Origin: a virus
DNA length: 64,000 nucleotides
Reading direction: 5' to 3' (one strand)
IMG/VR virus record: IMGVR_UViG_3300005529_000023
Coordinates: 112,871-176,870 of that record
Made by a program: the position numbers and the translations under genes. The notes below the pieces were generated by a model that saw only the letters and a list, made by a program, of their open reading frames with translations, was not told the origin of the DNA and did no database searches. This document shows positions 1 to 7,047 of this stretch, piece by piece. Within the stretch, counting starts at the first letter, position 1. Each line of letters starts with the position of its first letter.

Positions 1-196
1 CGAAAACCAAGGCCGCAAGAACTCCCATGAGGAAAACTGCGTAGATCGTGTTGGTCGCAGCCAAAATCACGAACGGCAGAAGATGGATCGCAGCGTAAGT
101 CAGAAGTGCCGCCAAGGCCAATCCAACCACGGGAGCGCCAATGAAGTTTTCACTCTTCTTCCACCAAGGCTTTCTCGAAACAGTCGTCGTATCCAT
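1..196 (-). CDS. Membrane protein, partial (runs off the window start)
   Basis: Hand translation from ATG at 196: MDTTTVSRKPWWKKSENFIGAPVVGLALAALLTYAAIHLLPFVILAATNTIYAVFLMGVLAALVF, two hydrophobic segments, AGAGGA SD upstream. Confidence 0.6.
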   Translation of the reverse strand, partial: MDTTTVSRKPWWKKSENFIGAPVVGLALAALLTYAAIHLLPFVILAATNTIYAVFLMGVLAALVF

Positions 197-219
197 ATTT
201 TCCTCTTTTCCTTATTGCA

Positions 220-864
220 TTATTGCAGATATTGACCAATTTTGTCAATGTTTGTTTTGATCGTATTCCTCAGAGTGTCAAGAGTGACACTGAAGGCAGC
301 CTTTCTGGAATCAAGCTTCGCCTTTTCGGCATGTAATTCCTGAGTCAGCGTAGCGCTGTCCTCGGTCAGCTGACTCAGCTGCTTTTTAAGGTCGGCGATC
401 GTAGATTCGACCTTGGCTAACTTGGCTTCACGGGCTTGGACCTGAGCCCTCTCGTACTCCGCGCAGTCGGCATTGAAATCATTTTCGTCCTGGTTCAGCA
501 CATCGATATAATGCTGGCCAGACTTGAGGAGGGAGTTCTTGTCCACGCCAAGCTGCTTGGCCGTGGAAAACGTCACCTTGTAACAAGCTTCCTCGGCAAG
601 ACCCGTAGATTTGGTTTCCTGGACCGCAGAAATGAACTTGAGATAGTCGAAACCGGCCAGCTTGTTTTCCTCAAGCGACTTGGTCAACATCTCGTTGAGT
701 GCAGGGTCGATACTCGGGGCCGGCACCGAGAAACTGAATGATGTAGAGGAAGGGATCGGAGTTCCAGTGGACACGTTGGTTGTGGCAGTTGGTGCCGCAG
801 GCTTGGCCTTCGCAACCGGCATATCGTCTTCAACCAAACCAAGCTTCGTCAGAAAGTTCTTCAT
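220..864 (-). CDS. Hypothetical coiled-coil protein
   Basis: 214-aa ORF with AGGAGA SD, Pro/Ser/Thr linker and a heptad-rich C-terminus. Confidence 0.75.
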   Translation of the reverse strand: MKNFLTKLGLVEDDMPVAKAKPAAPTATTNVSTGTPIPSSTSFSFSVPAPSIDPALNEMLTKSLEENKLAGFDYLKFISAVQETKSTGLAEEACYKVTFSTAKQLGVDKNSLLKSGQHYIDVLNQDENDFNADCAEYERAQVQAREAKLAKVESTIADLKKQLSQLTEDSATLTQELHAEKAKLDSRKAAFSVTLDTLRNTIKTNIDKIGQYLQ

Positions 865-920
865 GCTATCTCCTTATTCAAACTCTAGTACAGTTTTCCA
901 TAGAGCCTTATTTTCGTCAA

Positions 921-1238
921 CTATTTTTTGGAATTTAATTCTTTAATGATTTCATCCAACTTGATGTGCAAACCCTTGATATATTCTCGATCTCGCTCCA
1001 CTTGCCTGTTCTGGCTCATCATAATAATGGGACTTTGCATCGTACTAACAATAGTCAAAAACAAATTTAAAAGAATGAAAGGATAGGGATCAAAATGGGC
1101 GCACAAAACCAGTAGAGTATTGAGTAAAACCCATACTGTGATTCCAGCAGAAAACCAAAAAACAAATCCCCATGATCCGCAGAATTCAGCGATGTTATCG
1201 GACCAGCGCTGCGACCTACTTCTGTTGTCCGTTTCCAT
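921..1238 (-). CDS. DUF1003-family membrane protein
   Basis: Motifs FCGSWGFV and FDPYPFILLNLFL..Q.PIIMMSQNRQ typical of DUF1003. Confidence 0.8.
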   Translation of the reverse strand: METDNRSRSQRWSDNIAEFCGSWGFVFWFSAGITVWVLLNTLLVLCAHFDPYPFILLNLFLTIVSTMQSPIIMMSQNRQVERDREYIKGLHIKLDEIIKELNSKK

Positions 1239-1863
1239 CGCTCTCCCATTGTTTTGTGAATTTTACCCAAGAAGACCATGAAAGTTCGAGTCTGTTGCCA
1301 AGCGTATCCAGGCTTTCGTAGCCCCATTCGGTGTCCTCGGCATTTTTGGTAGCCAGAGCAAGTTTTTCTAGCTCTGGATAATCTCGAATGTAGCTTCGCC
1401 AATACTCCATGGGACAGGAATGGTAATTTTCTTCCTTGCCATAGAGAGTACGTGCCTGAGCAATAGCATCAGCTTGTTCGGGATGGTAAGTAAGCAAATA
1501 GGCCCCAAAGACCGTAACGGATCTGTGGGTGCCTGCATCGCAGTGGATAAATACGTGGCTGAGCTTCAGCTGGTCGATCCAATAGTGAAGCGTACGCAAA
1601 GAACCATGAATCACTTCTGGTGAAGGAGGGCCAGATTCGCGCCATGGAAACCATGCCTGGAAGGTCCACATTGGCTGCGGGACAAAGCGATCGGTAATGT
1701 TCATCCATGCATCGATTTCATCCAGGTCAAACTCGCTATCGCAGCTAGAGGGGTAATCTGGCCTTCCAGCCACTAAAACAGTGGTTTCTCCTACTTTATA
1801 TGAGGCCGCCCGAACCCTCTTCTTGCTTATATCGCCATTCCACCAATGTCCTGTCCTATTCAT
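1216..1863 (-). CDS. Protein-tyrosine / dual-specificity phosphatase-like protein
   Basis: P-loop HCDAGTHRS (HCxxGxxRS). Confidence 0.75.
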   Translation of the reverse strand: MNRTGHWWNGDISKKRVRAASYKVGETTVLVAGRPDYPSSCDSEFDLDEIDAWMNITDRFVPQPMWTFQAWFPWRESGPPSPEVIHGSLRTLHYWIDQLKLSHVFIHCDAGTHRSVTVFGAYLLTYHPEQADAIAQARTLYGKEENYHSCPMEYWRSYIRDYPELEKLALATKNAEDTEWGYESLDTLGNRLELSWSSWVKFTKQWESDGNGQQK

Positions 1864-1881
1864 GGTTTATATCCTTTTCTT

Positions 1882-2346
1882 TTAAAAAACTATTCGTTCA
1901 ACGTCGATCTCTCGTAGCAATTTGCCAATTTTTATAAATTCTTTATGTGTAAATTCAGAAGATTTCACTCTATTACATCTTCCGCAACAAACTACCAAAT
2001 TGCTATATTCGTAATCTATTTCGTTGTTGATTCTATCCAAATTGTAAGCCGTAGTGTTCCACGAAACTAGTCCGCTGCAATAGAAACAATCATTTTGAGC
2101 CACAAAATCTAGAAATTGTTCGTAGGTAATGAAAACTTCCCTATTAGATCTTTTCGCTTCTCTGCATAAAACTCTGAATAGACTTTCATAGGGTCTCAAG
2201 GTTCTCTTTTTAACAGCTGCCGCATTAGCTATTTTGTGATTTCTCCGACCTAAACATTTTCTACAAACACCAGTTTGACCTTTGTTTTTGGTAAATCTTT
2301 CATATTTGCAATCTGGACATATTATCAAATATGGTTTACGCGGCAT
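1882..2346 (-). CDS. HNH-family endonuclease with Zn-binding Cys pairs
   Basis: CFYC...NLDRINN...Y..SNLVVCCGRCNRVK; AT-rich relative to flanks. Confidence 0.7.
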   Translation of the reverse strand: MPRKPYLIICPDCKYERFTKNKGQTGVCRKCLGRRNHKIANAAAVKKRTLRPYESLFRVLCREAKRSNREVFITYEQFLDFVAQNDCFYCSGLVSWNTTAYNLDRINNEIDYEYSNLVVCCGRCNRVKSSEFTHKEFIKIGKLLREIDVERIVF

Positions 2347-2348
2347 AT

Positions 2349-3506
2349 TTACTCATAATCTCTGATACTTAGACCTACAGGAAACCTTGGTACCTTTTCT
2401 GCACCAGTTAGCCCTTGGTACTGCACAGTAAGCAGTTTTCCAGTCCACAGAGAGTGGTTATCGAAAAATTCTTTAAGCCGAGATGTCTCTCCACGCATTT
2501 TAGCAAGAAAGTCTTTCCCGCTCTTCGTCCTACAAAGAAAACTACCGACGTGTCCGGCCAGCTTTCCACGGCCTTCTTCAAATCCGACAATAGGGAATTC
2601 GTCATCATCAAACTCTTTAACTTTCTGGAGGTCATACGATCTTTTATTGGCATACTTGCCTTCAAGATTGCGTAACATGGCTCCTTCATATCCATCAGCT
2701 CTGAATTTTTCGAAGACATCTGTGACCTGATCCTCATTTTCTACTACCCATGTATCTACCTTGACGATACTGCCCTCGAACCAACTCGACTTCATATAGC
2801 GAAGTTTAAGCATTCTCCTAGAGAAAGGCTCATCTGTAACTACATCGTAGACGTGGTATTCAACCAATTCATATCCTTCTTCGGGCTTTTCTTTCCTTAC
2901 TGCCGAAACAATCTTCTCGAAGTCCTTTTTGAACTGGTGATTGTATAGTTCGCCGTCCAAAATGATTTCAGTGCCGGCAGGAAAGCCTTCTTCGATCTGC
3001 TTGATGATATGCGGCATGGAAGTAATTGGCTTTCTAGTACGAGACCAAAGGGTACACCTGCCATCCTTCAAAATAGCGATACAACGAATACCGTCCAGCT
3101 TAGGCTGCGCTGCAGCAGGATACTTGATCTTATGGCCGTGCTCGGAGAATTTGTGAGCTAGCATCGGAACGATGCCGCCCTCGATTAGGTCGTCGGTTTC
3201 CTCGGCTTCTGCGGCCTTCTTGGTCTCGACGTAACCCTTCTTCTTTTGCTTTTCCCACTTCGCTTTTGCCTCTGCTTCGGCCTGCTGGAACGCGGACGTT
3301 TCATTCTTTTTCCCCTTGTTTTTGCCTTCAGAGATCGTATCTTCAGTCTTTTGCGGACTTTCAGTGCCTAGCTGCCCGTACTCGGTTATGATCACCCCTC
3401 GCCAATCGCCAGAGCCCTGCGGCCCGCAGGCTCTTTCGACTGATATGGTCCAGTATTGGATTGCTCCGGTGCTTGTTTTCTTGTAGAGGGTAGGGAAATT
3501 TACCAT
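2349..3506 (-). CDS. lig: ATP-dependent DNA ligase
   Basis: Motif I QPKLDGIR, ILDGELY, YHVYD, GYEGAMLR, LQKVK and a C-terminal OB-fold (PRFPV). Confidence 0.95.
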   Translation of the reverse strand: MVNFPTLYKKTSTGAIQYWTISVERACGPQGSGDWRGVIITEYGQLGTESPQKTEDTISEGKNKGKKNETSAFQQAEAEAKAKWEKQKKKGYVETKKAAEAEETDDLIEGGIVPMLAHKFSEHGHKIKYPAAAQPKLDGIRCIAILKDGRCTLWSRTRKPITSMPHIIKQIEEGFPAGTEIILDGELYNHQFKKDFEKIVSAVRKEKPEEGYELVEYHVYDVVTDEPFSRRMLKLRYMKSSWFEGSIVKVDTWVVENEDQVTDVFEKFRADGYEGAMLRNLEGKYANKRSYDLQKVKEFDDDEFPIVGFEEGRGKLAGHVGSFLCRTKSGKDFLAKMRGETSRLKEFFDNHSLWTGKLLTVQYQGLTGAEKVPRFPVGLSIRDYE

Positions 3507-3706
3507 ACTTTTTCTAGCCTTTCTTGAAGTTCTTTGACGGTCATCTTGTCTCCAAAGACCTTGAAGAGTCTTTCTGAGACTGACTGAATCAGTTGTTCTT
3601 GTCTCTCGGTTATCTGGCCACTTGGAAGGTTGTAGACTTCGTGAAGTGCCAGCATTATTTCAAACCTAATGACATTAGAAAAGAAACCTTGTTTCGTCAG
3701 TGACAC
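3500..3706 (-). CDS. Hypothetical protein
   Basis: Part of ORF 3500..3778; GTG start at 3706 with AGGA SD chosen to avoid overlap. Confidence 0.5.
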   Translation of the reverse strand: MSLTKQGFFSNVIRFEIMLALHEVYNLPSGQITERQEQLIQSVSERLFKVFGDKMTVKELQERLEKVW

Positions 3707-3707
3707 T

Positions 3708-3989
3708 TTATATCCTTTTTGTCCATTTTGGACAGAAGAACATATGGATCTGAGGAAAGCTAGTGTAAATTGCGCCACACTCGCATTTTGTTCCTCCGTA
3801 CCCCATCATACTCTCAATTGAGACATAAACAGTTGCATGCCAATTTGGATCGTAACTCTGTACTCCGGCAAACACGCAGTTGTAGTCTGATGCGCCAGTA
3901 AGATCCTCTTCGTAGATGACAAACTCATACTTCTTATCTTTGTAAGTCACCAAATACGGAAAGTCTTTTATCTCTTTCCACCAGTTCAT
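3708..3989 (-). CDS. Hypothetical protein with C-terminal Cys/His Zn ribbon
   Basis: Likely start MNWWKE; ends KCECG...HMFFCPKW. Confidence 0.6.
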   Translation of the reverse strand: MNWWKEIKDFPYLVTYKDKKYEFVIYEEDLTGASDYNCVFAGVQSYDPNWHATVYVSIESMMGYGGTKCECGAIYTSFPQIHMFFCPKWTKRI

Positions 3990-4040
3990 CTCTACTTTAG
4001 AACCGCTTAGGCCAAAATGAAGGGTCAACTTCATCTAGTC

Positions 4041-4898
4041 TCATACCTTCTGGTAGATCTGCGCGATTCTTTGGTTCAGATACTCTTGAGCCGTGAAGCC
4101 TGGAGCTAGAAGCGTATCGCCGTGAGGATGAACAAAAAGAGGCATGCTAACACGATCAGAAGAGGAGTCATCAGGGTTGATAACCCTGTGAGTAGTAGAC
4201 TTAAAAAGACCTTTAGAAGCAAGCTGAAGCATATCGCCAATATTGACAACAATAGAATTTTCTTCATGGGGAACGTCATGCCATTTTCCTTCTTTGTCGA
4301 GAACCTGCAAGCCAGGTGCGCTTGCAGCTACAAGCAATGTAATGAAGTTGATATCTTCATGTGCGGCTGCTCGAACTGCGCCCGGCTGAGCAGTGAAGTT
4401 CAATGCTGGGTAGTAGATCGTGCGAAGGATCGTATTATCACTCTCTTCGCAAGCGGCTCTGTATTCAGTAAGACCATCTTGAAAATCGTCGATCACCTTG
4501 AGGATCTGACTTGAGATGTCTTCCAGTTGAAAGAAAATAGACTGGGTTACCGTAGAGACATCGCCCGGAAGAAGCTTGCCTGGCTGCCAGTGATAGAACT
4601 CCTTCAGATCTGAAACTTTAGCGCCGACAGCCTTCTCGGAACCGAAAGCCTTATAGCCCAAGTTTCCATCTTCTTTATTGACGAACTTGCTCTTGTAGCT
4701 TGGCTTATCAAGGAAAAACATGCGCCATGCCGACTGCACGTCGCGAATAAGACCATGATCAATTCCGTGATGAGTGATAACTGCAAACCCGGTGTTGATT
4801 ACTGAATCAATAAACTCAGCTCCAAAGTCGCTGGAACGCAAATTACAGACCTTGATATTCATCTTATGGCTCCAATCTTTAAGTATAGGATAGAGCAA
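4041..4898 (-). CDS. 2-oxoglutarate/Fe(II) oxygenase, isopenicillin N synthase-like
   Basis: GF..ITHHGI N-terminus, HED and TTHRV iron ligands, RVS 2OG-binding motif; true start may be MNIKVC. Confidence 0.9.
   Translation of the reverse strand: MLYPILKDWSHKMNIKVCNLRSSDFGAEFIDSVINTGFAVITHHGIDHGLIRDVQSAWRMFFLDKPSYKSKFVNKEDGNLGYKAFGSEKAVGAKVSDLKEFYHWQPGKLLPGDVSTVTQSIFFQLEDISSQILKVIDDFQDGLTEYRAACEESDNTILRTIYYPALNFTAQPGAVRAAAHEDINFITLLVAASAPGLQVLDKEGKWHDVPHEENSIVVNIGDMLQLASKGLFKSTTHRVINPDDSSSDRVSMPLFVHPHGDTLLAPGFTAQEYLNQRIAQIYQKV
4874..4882 (+). promoter_or_regulatory. Putative late promoter AATCTTTAA
   Basis: Same motif recurs upstream of structural genes; here upstream of the endolysin. Confidence 0.6.
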
Positions 4899-4916
4899 AT
4901 AAGGAAATAAGACAAT

Positions 4917-5366
4917 ATGATTTCGAAAGATGAACTACTCAAAGGCAGAGACAAGTTGTATCCAAGCGACTACACGCAGCAGATTTCCGACAACCTCGAT
5001 CAACTACTCGTACCAATGAATCAGATCAGAACTGCATGGGGACAGCCGATGACCGTTGATTCTGGATGGCGCTCACCAGAAGAAAATGCAAATACAGCTG
5101 GTGCAGCTCCACACTCTAAGCACATGCTCGGTCTCGCATGCGACATCGCTGATGCAGACGGATCTCTTTGGGCTTGGGTTCTCCAAAATCTTGCGCTCAT
5201 GAAGCAGCTAGGGATCTACTTCGAAGATAAGCGCTGGACACCAACATGGGTGCATTTTCAGCTCGGTGGACCTGCGAGCGGCCACAGGATCTTCGTACCT
5301 TACACTACAAGACCGTCCGCTCCAGATGCTTGGGACGGCAATTACGACCATTCTTTTGATGGATAA
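4917..5366 (+). CDS. Peptidase M15-family endolysin
   Basis: DSGWRS..EN....GAAPHSKHMLGLACDI and WVH zinc-binding motifs. Confidence 0.85.
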   Translation: MISKDELLKGRDKLYPSDYTQQISDNLDQLLVPMNQIRTAWGQPMTVDSGWRSPEENANTAGAAPHSKHMLGLACDIADADGSLWAWVLQNLALMKQLGIYFEDKRWTPTWVHFQLGGPASGHRIFVPYTTRPSAPDAWDGNYDHSFDG

Positions 5367-5428
5367 GAAACGAGCGACTACAAAAAGATCTAGAGCTGAG
5401 TAACTTTTTGGGTCAAGCTGATGAATGA

Positions 5429-5481
5429 GGGGTGTCGGCGAGACATCACGATTTCACGACCTAGTTTCTCTCCGACGCCCC
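5429..5481. other. Strong imperfect hairpin at the end of the minus-strand RNA block
   Basis: GGGGTGTCGG...CCGACGCCCC terminal helix. Confidence 0.5.
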
Positions 5482-5491
5482 GGATTTAAAA

Positions 5492-5564
5492 CGCCAACTG
5501 CCGGATTCGAACCGGCGTTTCTGCCCGATAGTGGGAGCGTCCTAGGCCCCTAGACGAAGTTGAC
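5492..5564 (-). tRNA. tRNA-like gene with non-canonical anticodon arm (Glu/Asp-type D arm, isotype undetermined)
   Basis: Acceptor GTCAACT/AGTTGGC, D arm TCGTCTAGGGGCCTAGGAC, T arm GCCGG-TTCGAAT-CCGGC; anticodon arm CTCCCACTATCGGGCAG cannot form a 5-bp stem with a 7-nt loop; no CCA. Confidence 0.6.
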
Positions 5565-5566
5565 TG

Positions 5567-5625
5567 CCCGTTGTAGCGGGATTGTAACCATCACCGGCTT
5601 CTACAAAAGCATGTGGCGGATTACA
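5567..5625 (-). ncRNA. Small structured RNA with complementary hairpin loops
   Basis: GCTT-[TTGTAG]-AAGC and CCCG-[CTACAA]-CGGG; the two loops are exact reverse complements. Confidence 0.45.
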
Positions 5626-5629
5626 TAAA

Positions 5630-5705
5630 TGGTGGAACCGAAGAGAGTTGCACTCTTCACAGTCCCCGTGCAAGGGGGACTCGCCACTACGGAACATGCG
5701 ATCCC
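5630..5705 (-). tRNA. tRNA-Ala(TGC)
   Basis: Acceptor GGGATCG/CGGTTCC with G3.U70, anticodon loop CT-TGC-AC, T loop TGCAACT, encoded CCA. Confidence 0.9.
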
Positions 5706-5725
5706 AATAGAACTATATCACATCA

Positions 5726-5854
5726 TTTCTGTGGCTGGGAATCCCGATTCTCCACCCAGCTCTACCCCACTGCCTAGTCCATTAATCTAGGCGTTTCGGA
5801 TTGCTAGTAGGTGAGGCGTGCGTTTTTATACTCGTCTCGTACACTACACAGAAA
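5726..5854 (-). ncRNA. 129-nt cloverleaf-like structured RNA
   Basis: TTTCTGTG/CACAGAAA closing helix with inner GCCTCAC/GTGGGGT, GCCTAG/CTAGGC and GCTGGG/CCCAGC stems. Confidence 0.5.
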
Positions 5855-5857
5855 TTG

Positions 5858-6008
5858 TTGGTGGGTCGGGCTTGATACCGACTACTCTCACTTAACAACA
5901 ACCCCCTTGAAGGTTACATTCAACAAGGGCGTCTGAGAGTTGCTTTCGGCGTTTCTTTGCCTGTAACTGCCAGCCTACATTATGCGTGTCCATCCACGCC
6001 GCCACCAA
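5858..6008 (-). ncRNA. 151-nt tRNA-shaped ncRNA (family copy 1)
   Basis: TTGGTGG/CCACCAA acceptor-like helix, GCGTG-GATGGA-CACGC D arm, GTCGG-TATCAAGC-CCGAC T arm, about 100-nt structured insert. Confidence 0.6.
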
Positions 6009-6055
6009 TTTTAGAGTTTAGAAGTAACCGTAACCGTCACTTCCTCAACGTAAAA

Positions 6056-6238
6056 CTAACTTTTCTTATTTTCGAGATTGTAGACCTTTGCGGCCTCTTC
6101 GATCTCGTTGGCGAACGTGCGAATACTCGACACGACGACCTCAGCGTTTGCCGGATCAAAAGGATCAACTTCATTTTCTAGATCATTGATCTTGTCGAGA
6201 GATTCACCTACAGCGTCTGCATATCTATCTTTTGTCAT
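6056..6238 (-). CDS. Small acidic hypothetical protein
   Basis: 60-aa ORF with AAGGGAAG SD and an upstream sigma70-like promoter (TTGTTT ... TG-extended -10). Confidence 0.6.
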   Translation of the reverse strand: MTKDRYADAVGESLDKINDLENEVDPFDPANAEVVVSSIRTFANEIEEAAKVYNLENKKS

Positions 6239-6294
6239 TTTCTTCCCTTTCGAACTAACAATTTGAATCTATCACACCTATTTTCTAAAACAAG

Positions 6295-6786
6295 CTATTT
6301 CGTAAAATTTATTTTTGCCTTAAAATCTTCTCTGACCCTGGTCAAAATCTGGCCAAGCCAGTTCGTACCATCCCAGTTTTCCTTATCCAAAATCAAGGGG
6401 TTATCCTCAGCAAGACCAACTCCCCAAATTTTGTCGTAAGGGCTCGCTTCGACGATTTCCCTATCACCAGTATCCAAAAGGATCTTTTGGAGTTCAGGAT
6501 CAGAGAATTTGGCCTTGTTCGCCACGTAAACAACTTCTTTGCAGACGATATTCCATGAGTCTGGATTAAAATTCTTGACGGTCCTGCCTATCGCCTTCTG
6601 TTCCTTTGGATTCTTTGCAGCCATGATCTTATGCCAAGCCTCGAAGTCGCTAAACATCTTGGCTTTCATCGCCATCATGAACTGTTCGCAGCAGTTGTAT
6701 TCTACTTCGCCGACAACAAAGGGGTGCTGGTACCACTGGCTAAATGGGCCACCCCAAAAGAATACGAATTTATCGGTAACTCTCAT
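6295..6786 (-). CDS. NADAR (YbiA-like) family protein
   Basis: FSQWY..F......Y.CCEQFMMA.KA..F.D, EASPYDKIWGVG, G.NWLG..L..VRE; start at MRVTDK. Confidence 0.92.
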   Translation of the reverse strand: MRVTDKFVFFWGGPFSQWYQHPFVVGEVEYNCCEQFMMAMKAKMFSDFEAWHKIMAAKNPKEQKAIGRTVKNFNPDSWNIVCKEVVYVANKAKFSDPELQKILLDTGDREIVEASPYDKIWGVGLAEDNPLILDKENWDGTNWLGQILTRVREDFKAKINFTK

Positions 6787-7046
6787 AACTTTTTGATTTC
6801 CTTTTTTGCAGCCTTTTTGATTGAACCACCCCAGCCCCAACAAAAGAAGTCTTTCAGTGTGAATGCATATTCGACAGCCTTTCTATAGGTGCCTTCTACA
6901 CATTCCAAAAAAGCTTCATGATGAGATCCCCCGAGGTCGGGATTTGTGTCCTCTGCGTAGATTTCCCAAATCCCGTATTCCTCGGGGTCATGTTTTGACC
7001 ATGAATACTCCGACCTTTCCTTAATGTACTGGTCAACAGTTTTCAC
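6783..7046 (-). CDS. Hypothetical protein
   Basis: GTG start with AGGTG SD, within track ORF 6783..7151. Confidence 0.6.
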   Translation of the reverse strand: MKTVDQYIKERSEYSWSKHDPEEYGIWEIYAEDTNPDLGGSHHEAFLECVEGTYRKAVEYAFTLKDFFCWGWGGSIKKAAKKEIKKL

Positions 7047-7047
7047 G

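Noticed and set aside
5365-5490. CTGATGA at ~5419 and an upstream GAAAC suggested a hammerhead ribozyme
   Set aside because: No GAAA follows stem II, and stems I and III could not be formed.
5492-5564. CTA triplet suggested an amber suppressor tRNA and genome recoding
   Set aside because: No U33 and poor stem in that register; genes ending in TAG are full length, so there is no sign of stop-codon reassignment.
5567-5629. Possible theta (HDV-like) ribozyme after tRNA-Ala
   Set aside because: No HDV P1/P1.1/P3 arrangement could be built from the tRNA 3' end; kept only as a kissing-loop RNA.
5858-6008. tmRNA
   Set aside because: Too short, has a full D stem, and lacks G3.U70 and a tag ORF.
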